Both the position numbers and the translations under genes were made by a program. 64,000 nucleotides of DNA from Pseudomonadota bacterium (lineage in GTDB: Bacteria; Pseudomonadota; Gammaproteobacteria; Pseudomonadales; UBA7434): positions 13,821 through 77,820 of the forward strand of contig JAYYUJ010000047.1 of assembly GCA_036344075.1 (NCBI GenBank). The letters run 5' to 3'. A model generated the notes under the pieces. The model saw only the letters and a program-made list of their open reading frames with translations, did not search any database and had not been told where the DNA came from. Every line of letters starts with the position of its first letter. Within the stretch, counting starts at the first letter, position 1. Below, piece after piece: positions 57,074 to 64,000 of this stretch.

Positions 57074-57976
57074 TTGCTGAATAAACGTACATTACCTCTG
57101 TCAGGTCTAAGGGCCTTTGAAAGTGCCGGTAGGCATCTTCATCTAGGCCGGGCAGGTGAGGAACTCGGTGTCACACATGGTGCGATTAGCCACCAAGTAC
57201 GTGCGCTTGAGGCGCAGTTGGGGGTGAAGTTATTTATTCGCGCTAATAGCCGCCTGCAGTTAACAGATGCTGGACAGCGACTTCTCATGGCAGTCGGTGA
57301 AGGTTTTGAAAAAATCCTAGAAGGTGCGCAGCATCTTGATACGGATAGCTTGGCAGGGAGTTTAATTATTGCCTGTACTCAAACCGCGGGCGCCAGTTGG
57401 ATGGCTAAGCATATTTGCGATTTTCAAGCGCAGTATCCTCAGATTGATATTCATACCCTTGAAGTGAAGCCACAACAGCGAGACATTCCCCGAGAGATCG
57501 ACGTGGCGATTTGCTATGGCAAGCCTCAAGCCAGCGATAGGAAGGTTGAAGAGCTCACTACACCTGATATTTTTCCTGTGTGCAGTCCTCGCTTAGTGCA
57601 CGGCAAAGGTGTCTTATTACGGCCTGATCATCTGACGCAATTCCCTTTAATTCACGATACACAAAATAGTTGGCGTCGCTGGTTTGATGCCATGCAGATT
57701 AAAGAGTCAGATGATGTGAATGCGATATATTTTTTTAATACCACGCTTTCGCTGGCTGCAGCAAGACAGGGTTACGGCATTGCATTATGCAACCATTTTG
57801 AGGTCCAAGAGGATTTGCGAGAGGGGCGACTAATCAGGCTATTTGATCAAACTATTCCCGAATCTCAAAGTTATTATTTGCTGACAGATCGAAGTGAAAA
57901 CCAGTCACTCAGGGCGCAGATTTTCGAGACATGGATAAAAGAAATCTTAACCAGTCCACCCACCGTACCAAAATGA
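57074..57976 (+). CDS. LysR-family regulator (GcvA-like)
   Basis: HTH LRAFESAGRHLHLGRAGEELGVTHGAISHQVRALE. It is divergent from the gabD operon across about 115 bp. Confidence 0.85.
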   Translation: MLNKRTLPLSGLRAFESAGRHLHLGRAGEELGVTHGAISHQVRALEAQLGVKLFIRANSRLQLTDAGQRLLMAVGEGFEKILEGAQHLDTDSLAGSLIIACTQTAGASWMAKHICDFQAQYPQIDIHTLEVKPQQRDIPREIDVAICYGKPQASDRKVEELTTPDIFPVCSPRLVHGKGVLLRPDHLTQFPLIHDTQNSWRRWFDAMQIKESDDVNAIYFFNTTLSLAAARQGYGIALCNHFEVQEDLREGRLIRLFDQTIPESQSYYLLTDRSENQSLRAQIFETWIKEILTSPPTVPK

Positions 57977-58005
57977 ATGTTATTCTTATATAGCATAATT
58001 TCAAT

Positions 58006-58899
58006 TTATTGGGCGTTAAATAAATCAATTATCTTATCTTCAGGCCAAGGTCCTTCTTGATCTGTTTCTCGATAGGCTTGAATTTTTTCATCCGGCCATG
58101 AAAAACTCCCTAGGTGTTTACCTGAGCAGGTGTAGAGTTTACCGGTTATAGACAGGGCTTGGTCACTGACAAGGTAAGTATAGATAGGGGCAATATTGCT
58201 CGGGGGTAGGGCATCCAGTGCTGAGGTTAACCGCTCTTTACTAAGTAAGCCTCTCGCATGCAGTGATAGCATATTTTTTTTAAACGCATCGCCACTGGAG
58301 AGCCGCGTTTTAGCGCCCGGTAGTACCACGTTACAGCGCACATTGCTGGCTTGTAAATCTTTTGCAATGGCAGCGCTAAAGCTATTAATGGCCCCTTTTG
58401 CGGCGGCATAAGCAGTGCCACCATAGTTGCCTAAAAAGGCATGGCTGCCAGTATTAATAATCACGCCACTCCCTTGAGCAGCCATTAAGGGTGCAGCGTG
58501 GCGACAGGTATTAAACGTGCCGTGTAAGTGAATATCAATGACCCGCTGCCAATCTTGTGACGAGATGTTTAGTAAGTTACTTTGCTCAGGTTCAGCGATG
58601 CCAGCAAGATTAATCAATCCATCAATGCCACCAAAGCGATCACAGCATAGCTGTATTAGTTTACCGGCATAGTCAAAGTCAGATATATCGCCATAACTGT
58701 AATCAGCCACACCATCCATCGTAATAATATGCTGGGTTAGTTGTTCCAGTAAATTGGCGTCAGCTTGATTAGCGCCCCGACTATTGACTACTAAAGAAGC
58801 GCCCTCTTGGGCTAGCTCAAGCGCTACGGCCTTGCCAATGCCCATACTGGCGCCAGTAATAACAATCCGCTTATTGCGTAACTTTTGATGTAACGCCAT
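58006..58899 (-). CDS. SDR-family oxidoreductase
   Basis: ITGASMGIGKAVA and YAAAKGA (YxxxK). Confidence 0.8.
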   Translation of the reverse strand: MALHQKLRNKRIVITGASMGIGKAVALELAQEGASLVVNSRGANQADANLLEQLTQHIITMDGVADYSYGDISDFDYAGKLIQLCCDRFGGIDGLINLAGIAEPEQSNLLNISSQDWQRVIDIHLHGTFNTCRHAAPLMAAQGSGVIINTGSHAFLGNYGGTAYAAAKGAINSFSAAIAKDLQASNVRCNVVLPGAKTRLSSGDAFKKNMLSLHARGLLSKERLTSALDALPPSNIAPIYTYLVSDQALSITGKLYTCSGKHLGSFSWPDEKIQAYRETDQEGPWPEDKIIDLFNAQ

Positions 58900-58917
58900 A
58901 AAAGTAGACCTTCTTTT

Positions 58918-60084
58918 TTAGACTTGAGTAACGTTTAACGCTAGAGGGGACCTTAACGCGGAGCCTCTGGGCTGGCTATCTTCAATATTTGTTAGTTCTA
59001 AATTTGGTAATCTTTCTAGTAAAAGTTGAATGGCTACAATCATATTTCTTTTGGCTAAATGCTTCCCAGGGCAGGTTTTTGGGCCTCGGCCAAAAGCTAG
59101 AGTATCTTTAGATTCTCGTTCAATATTGAATTCATCTGGATTGTTAAATACGGAAGGATCTCGGTTAGCAGCAGCAATACCAAATAAAATTAGAGAGTTT
59201 GGCGGCACATTAAAATCGAAAAAATTAAATGATTTGCCTGCGCTAATTCTTGGTAATAGAGCGACAGATGATTCCCACCGTGATAATTCATCCACAGCAC
59301 TTGGAATTAAATGAGGTTCAGCTATCAGTCGTTTCCAAAGAGATGGATGAGTTAATAGGGCATAAAGAAGGTTGCCTAAACTGCCATGCGTCGTTTCGCC
59401 TCCGGTTGGAAAGAGCAAGCCTATATGACTTAATATTTCATCGTCATTCAATTTAATCCCATCAATTTCAACGGCAGTTAGTTCTGAAATGATATCTTCT
59501 TTTGGCGATTTTCTTCGCGCAGCAATAATAGGTCTAAGCACATTATAGAATGCGGATTGCTTCTTTTCTGAGTTTTGATTTTCTTCTGGTAACAGTAGCG
59601 CCATCGCCCACTCGTGGAATTCTTCTTCTTTATCTTTTGGTATACCGAGCAATTGTGTAATAATTAAATAAGGGAAGCGAGCGGTAAAATCTTTCACTAG
59701 GTCGATTTCTTTTTTCTCTACTAACGCATCAATCAAATTATTTGCAGTATGAAAAAATATTTCATTATCGTATTCGGCAATATTTCTTGATTTAAAGGCA
59801 GGCGTCGATAATTTCCGATACGTCCTGTGGGGTTCAGGGTCGGGCATAGATATAAAACTTTTACCGATCGATTGCTCTATCGACATTTGGTAGCTTAGGT
59901 GGCCTGGAAATAAATAGTTGTCTTCAAAAGCAGCTTTCAATGCTCTATGGGAGGTAATAATAGTTGCTGGGTGACCATTGAATGTAACTTCTGATAAGTC
60001 GCCATTATTTCTAAGCTCCTTCAATATAGAATGGAATGATTCGCCTGGATATGAGTGCGAGTGAAAATCGTACATAGAGGCCAT
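58918..60084 (-). CDS. Cytochrome P450
   Basis: Heme loop FGRGPKTCPGKHLA, ExxR (ELSRW), and I-helix-like FPTGGETT. Confidence 0.85.
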   Translation of the reverse strand: MASMYDFHSHSYPGESFHSILKELRNNGDLSEVTFNGHPATIITSHRALKAAFEDNYLFPGHLSYQMSIEQSIGKSFISMPDPEPHRTYRKLSTPAFKSRNIAEYDNEIFFHTANNLIDALVEKKEIDLVKDFTARFPYLIITQLLGIPKDKEEEFHEWAMALLLPEENQNSEKKQSAFYNVLRPIIAARRKSPKEDIISELTAVEIDGIKLNDDEILSHIGLLFPTGGETTHGSLGNLLYALLTHPSLWKRLIAEPHLIPSAVDELSRWESSVALLPRISAGKSFNFFDFNVPPNSLILFGIAAANRDPSVFNNPDEFNIERESKDTLAFGRGPKTCPGKHLAKRNMIVAIQLLLERLPNLELTNIEDSQPRGSALRSPLALNVTQV

Positions 60085-60380
60085 CCTAAATTTTAATCAG
60101 CTGCGTCATACGATATAATAGAGATGTTATCACTTGCGGCTATTATTCTTATGTGCCTAATGCTTTACAAGATCAACAACTGGCACGCAAAATTTTTCTA
60201 GAGTAGAATTAAAAGCACTTAAACATTCGAGTAGAGCCTCATTGACAGAGATTAATATTTTTCTTAATTGTCATCAATGCTTTTATAGCATTATTAATAG
60301 ATACTAATAAAAAGCTTGGTAGAATTATTTAAATTGATTTACTAGAGGTAAGTTAAACCGTCAACCTGAGATATAATCAA

Positions 60381-61103
60381 ATGAGAAGACTTATCTACTT
60401 TTCTTTGCCAATTGCCTTATTCATATTGCCCTATGTTTTTTTCGCTTTCTTCGATGGCGCGCCGTTTTATTTTGCTAAAGAAAGTGGAGCGGTAGAAAAT
60501 ATTACAGCCGTCATTCTTGCATTAGCATTGTTGTTAACGGCAAGTACTTTTTTTCAATATCGAGCAAAAACTGAAGTGCTTAAGCGAGCGCCTAATTCAG
60601 CTATTCCTTTTCGGGGCTTCACACTAGGTTGGTTGGTCGTTTACGCACTGGGCTGTATTTATTTTTTGGGTGAAGAGATTAGTTGGGGGCAACATTTATT
60701 TAATTGGTCTACGCCTGACGCATGGTTAGCGGTTAATGACCAGCAGGAAACAAATTTTCATAACACTTCGGCATTGCTTGATCAGGTACCTCGTTTTCTT
60801 CTTGGTTTGGGGATTGTTATTGGGGGACTTATTTATCCACTTTTTGTTCGAAATAAACGGCTTGCTGCTGATAGTTCAGCATCGTTTCTTACATTCATTA
60901 TGCCAAGCTTCCACTGTGTTACCGCTGCAAGTACAGTACTGCTAATCACCGTCCATGATAAAATTTATAGCTTGCTGCAAATCGATATGCCAGCTTTTTT
61001 GCAAATTAACGACGGTGAAGTTAAGGAAAGTCTTATCGCGATGTTTATATTGGTTTATATCTACGACTTTCACCAGCGATTAAAATCTAAGAAATATCTA
61101 TAG
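60381..61103 (+). CDS. Hypothetical polytopic membrane protein
   Basis: 240 aa with about 6 hydrophobic segments and a conserved-looking GEEISWGQHLF loop. I do not recognise a family. Confidence 0.5.
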   Translation: MRRLIYFSLPIALFILPYVFFAFFDGAPFYFAKESGAVENITAVILALALLLTASTFFQYRAKTEVLKRAPNSAIPFRGFTLGWLVVYALGCIYFLGEEISWGQHLFNWSTPDAWLAVNDQQETNFHNTSALLDQVPRFLLGLGIVIGGLIYPLFVRNKRLAADSSASFLTFIMPSFHCVTAASTVLLITVHDKIYSLLQIDMPAFLQINDGEVKESLIAMFILVYIYDFHQRLKSKKYL

Positions 61104-61159
61104 CGGTTGGTGAATACTACCGCTTGATTTTTTATACTATATGTAAAGGTGGGGGGGAG

Positions 61160-62464
61160 ATGATAAAGGTTTGCCTTAATATTGTTTTATACGTTTTATT
61201 AGCATCTTGCTCGCCAGAAATAGAGAGTAATAAAGGTAGTTTTACTCTGGCAGTCATCCCCGATACGCAAAATTATTTGGATTACACCCATCAAAAATCC
61301 GAAGGATTTTCTCTTGATGCTTCGGATCAATTCTTAACTCAAATGAAATACATTGCAGAGCATTCTTTTAATAACGGCGGTGATATCGTTTTTGCTATTC
61401 ATCTGGGCGATGTTTGGCAGCATCAAACCATACAAATGGATGACCAACATAGAGTAGAAGGGTTTGAGGCTATTCCTAATAAGTGGTTGGCAGGCCATGT
61501 TTTTCCTGCGCCTGATCAGGTGTTTGGTTTTGAGGTTCCGATGGCTATAGAAGGATTTAGGATTTTATCGGAGGCCAATATCCCATTTGGTGTGGTGCCT
61601 GGAAATCACGACTATGATGCTATGTGGAGCGCCGCTGGTTGGCCTCCTACGGATGATCCTAAAAAATTAACCATGAGTATTGAGGCGCTTGGCAGGCTAC
61701 ATGCCGGAGGCTTAAACACGTTTAGAGCGGTTTTTGGTGAAAAATCTGAGTTTTTTAAAAATAAAGATTGGTATGTTGAAAGTTATGATGGCGGCACCAA
61801 TAGCGCACAAATATTTGAGGCTGGCGGATACCAGTTCCTGCATTTGGCGCTTGAAATGTCGCCGATGGATGACGTTTTAAGTTGGGCTTCATCTGTTTTA
61901 AAAAAATACGATGGACTGCCATCCATTGTCACTACTCATGATTATCTGAGCGCAAGTAGTGAAAAAAAATCCGTGCCCATTATTGATTTTCACGCGGTAG
62001 ATGCTCGACATAATAATGCTCAAATGCTCTGGGATAAATTGATTTCTCAGCATTCTCAGATTTTCATGGTGTTATCTGGCCATCAACATGGCCAAGGCCT
62101 TTTAATCGAAAAGAATGATTTTGGTGGTAAGGTCTATCAGATAATGGCCGACTATCAAGATAGGGGGCAATCTGGTATTGATGCAGGCCAGCCTATTGAT
62201 CCTTACACGGGGAGGCCTGTTGGGATTGGCGATGGATGGATGCGATTAATGACCTTTGATTTTAGTGGCAGCATGCCATTTGTAGAAGTTTCAACTTATT
62301 CTTCCCATTATTTGGTGGATGCTAATCACTTAGATAATTATGCGGATTGGTATCGACGCTTGGAACAGCCGAATATGACGGATGATGAGTTCCTAAAAGC
62401 TGATAGTTTTACCTTAGAGCTTGATGATTTTTATAGTCGATTTGGAAGTGCCACTGGATTATAA
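61160..62464 (+). CDS. Calcineurin-like metallophosphoesterase, lipoprotein
   Basis: ATG 61160 after GGTGGGGGGGAG and a lipobox LLASC. Motifs VIPDTQNY, HLGDVWQH, PGNHDY, TTHDY and SGHQHG. Confidence 0.75.
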   Translation: MIKVCLNIVLYVLLASCSPEIESNKGSFTLAVIPDTQNYLDYTHQKSEGFSLDASDQFLTQMKYIAEHSFNNGGDIVFAIHLGDVWQHQTIQMDDQHRVEGFEAIPNKWLAGHVFPAPDQVFGFEVPMAIEGFRILSEANIPFGVVPGNHDYDAMWSAAGWPPTDDPKKLTMSIEALGRLHAGGLNTFRAVFGEKSEFFKNKDWYVESYDGGTNSAQIFEAGGYQFLHLALEMSPMDDVLSWASSVLKKYDGLPSIVTTHDYLSASSEKKSVPIIDFHAVDARHNNAQMLWDKLISQHSQIFMVLSGHQHGQGLLIEKNDFGGKVYQIMADYQDRGQSGIDAGQPIDPYTGRPVGIGDGWMRLMTFDFSGSMPFVEVSTYSSHYLVDANHLDNYADWYRRLEQPNMTDDEFLKADSFTLELDDFYSRFGSATGL

Positions 62465-62921
62465 GTTTTTATGTACGGACTCATTGATTGGCTAAATACC
62501 TCAATTGTCGTCACCGCCAACGTCTTGTCGGTCTAATTTCAGCCAGCCTGTTTAGAGTTTTACAAGACCGACCGTGCCAAGCGCACCGCCAGTTAAGAAT
62601 AGATCAGACAGCCTATTTATTAATCGGTAGTTGATGAGTGGCGTAATTTTGAATCCCACCGGCAACCGCTTATTCCTCAATTAACCGACGCATAAACACA
62701 TCCTATCAGTAATCTTGCTATTGCCGTTTATTTCGATTGTGGTCTTTATCGCTGCTTAGTAGCTGTTTCGCTATGACTTACGGGCCGCCATGGGAATTGG
62801 CTTATATAAAAAGCTTTATTGCAGCGGTTGATAGGTGGTTTTCAATTCTGTCATCATTATAGTTATTTTATTTCGCTAAGATAGACGTATTGAATAAATT
62901 ATATTTTAGCGGAGCAATAAA

Positions 62922-63977
62922 ATGACCTATAAAGTCGTGCAGTGGGCCACTGGGATTCATGGCCGTTTAGCCTTACGCGGTATCCTTGATCATCCTGAGA
63001 TGGAATTGGTGGGCGTTAAAGTCTACAGTGACGACAAGCATGGTATGGATGCAGGGCAGCTCTGCGGTCGGCCTGATACCGGTATTAAAGCCACTAATAA
63101 GATCGAAGAGATTCTGGCCTTAGACGCCGACTGCGTGGTGTACATGCCACTGCTCGCTAATCCTGATGAAGTGATACCCCTGCTGGAATCGGGTAAAAGT
63201 TTGATCACGTCTTGTGGTTGGGTATACCCTAAAAATCGCGATACCACTAAGCTTGAGGCAGCTTGTCAAAAAGGCCAGTCGGTATTACACGGTACGGGTA
63301 TTCATCCCGGTGGCTTAACCGAAAAATTGCCGCTATTGGCGTCAGCCTTTGTGACTAACGTGCGCTACGTGCGGGGCGAAGAGTTTTCAGATTTGCGCAC
63401 CTATGACGCGCAAGACGTGGTCACCGACATTATGATGTTCGGCCAAACTGAAAAGCAATTAGCTACTAGCATTATGAAAGACGTATTAGCCGACGGTTTT
63501 ACCCAATCCATCGACATGGTGGCCGATCAAATTGGTGTCACACTCGATGCAGACTTTATTACCAAGCATCGCTGGAGTCTTGCCACGGCCAATATTGAAA
63601 CGCCTTTTGGGGTGCTTGAAAAAGGCACGGTAGCGGCGCAAGCATTTTCATGGCAGGGCACGGTTAAAGGCACGCCAGTAATAGAGGCGGCGGTGAATTG
63701 GTACATGGGCAATGATCACCTTGAAGCCGGTTGGGACTTAGGCAAAGAACGGTTTGAGATGGAAGTGATCGGCGACAACCGTATTCAATTGGTTACTGAA
63801 GGCTTACACGCTGACTCACCTGAGCACGGTGCCGACGACGAAGAGTCGGCCTTGGTCGCTACTGCCATGCACTGTGTGAATGCCGTGCCTTATGTGTGTC
63901 AGGCCAGTCCTGGGATCAAAACTTACACCGATATGCCCATGATTACTGGCCGTGCTGATGTGTCATTAATAAAGTAG
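62922..63977 (+). CDS. NAD(P)-dependent oxidoreductase, dihydrodipicolinate-reductase-N-terminal-like family
   Basis: 351 aa. The N-terminus YKVVQWATGIHGRLALRGIL...LVGVKVYS is typical of this poorly characterised family. The substrate is unknown. Confidence 0.55.
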   Translation: MTYKVVQWATGIHGRLALRGILDHPEMELVGVKVYSDDKHGMDAGQLCGRPDTGIKATNKIEEILALDADCVVYMPLLANPDEVIPLLESGKSLITSCGWVYPKNRDTTKLEAACQKGQSVLHGTGIHPGGLTEKLPLLASAFVTNVRYVRGEEFSDLRTYDAQDVVTDIMMFGQTEKQLATSIMKDVLADGFTQSIDMVADQIGVTLDADFITKHRWSLATANIETPFGVLEKGTVAAQAFSWQGTVKGTPVIEAAVNWYMGNDHLEAGWDLGKERFEMEVIGDNRIQLVTEGLHADSPEHGADDEESALVATAMHCVNAVPYVCQASPGIKTYTDMPMITGRADVSLIK

Positions 63978-64000
63978 CACGGCTTTAGTCCGAGCTAAGC

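Noticed and set aside
60181-60197. TGGCACG reminiscent of a sigma-54 -24 element
   Set aside because: The required -12 TTGC(A/T) at the correct 5-nt spacing is absent, since the sequence reads TGGCACGCAAAATTTT.
1-64000. Search for CRISPR arrays, tRNA/rRNA genes, transposases, integrases, and phage or defence-system hallmarks
   Set aside because: I saw no regularly spaced direct repeats and no cloverleaf-like or rRNA-like conserved segments. No ORF translation resembles a recombinase, a Cas protein, a restriction enzyme or a toxin-antitoxin. This was done by eye only, so short or degenerate elements could be missed.

Overview
Densely coding bacterial chromosomal window, probably from a marine gammaproteobacterium. 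That origin is an inference from the four TonB-dependent receptors and the gene content. I saw no rRNA, tRNA, CRISPR array, integrase or transposase. All annotation comes from reading the ORF translations and the DNA by eye, so family names rest on motifs and no database search was run. There are three blocks. (1) 1-8.3 kb holds alkyl/fatty-acid type genes: a 635-codon DUF3604 lipoprotein gene that runs off the left edge and is missing from the ORF track, an acyl-CoA synthetase, an aldehyde dehydrogenase, an MBL alkylsulfatase-like hydrolase and a LuxE-like acyl-protein synthetase. (2) About 8.3-34.4 kb is a visibly AT-richer block of 22 genes, all related to purine uptake and catabolism. It contains xdhABC, uraD, uraH, puuD, puuE, guaD, an 8-oxoguanine-deaminase-like gene, allC, a pucG-like gene, a GGT/HpxW-like gene, a TBDR, two nucleobase permeases and a NUP-family lipoprotein. 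It also contains an AtzG/AtzE-like two-subunit amidase operon and a RutR-like TetR regulator, with two near-consensus RutR boxes in the two divergent promoter regions. Directly after this block come a LuxC-like reductase, the usual partner of LuxE, then another TBDR and a Gpt-like PRTase. (3) 39-64 kb is a higher-GC accessory region. It has three tandem paralogous secreted proteins of unknown function with PEP-CTERM-like tails. It also has a LysR-divergent six-gene operon (gabD-gabT-MFS-giant serine hydrolase-TBDR-giant serine hydrolase) that looks like an uncharacterised uptake and degradation locus for an omega-amino-acid-containing amide or ester substrate. The rest comprises a CN-hydrolase, a P450/SDR pair, a metallophosphoesterase lipoprotein and others. 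The leads I rate highest are the AtzEG-like amidase as the missing step of a urea-free purine pathway, the hydrolase/TBDR/gabDT operon, and the cluster of C-terminal sorting tags.
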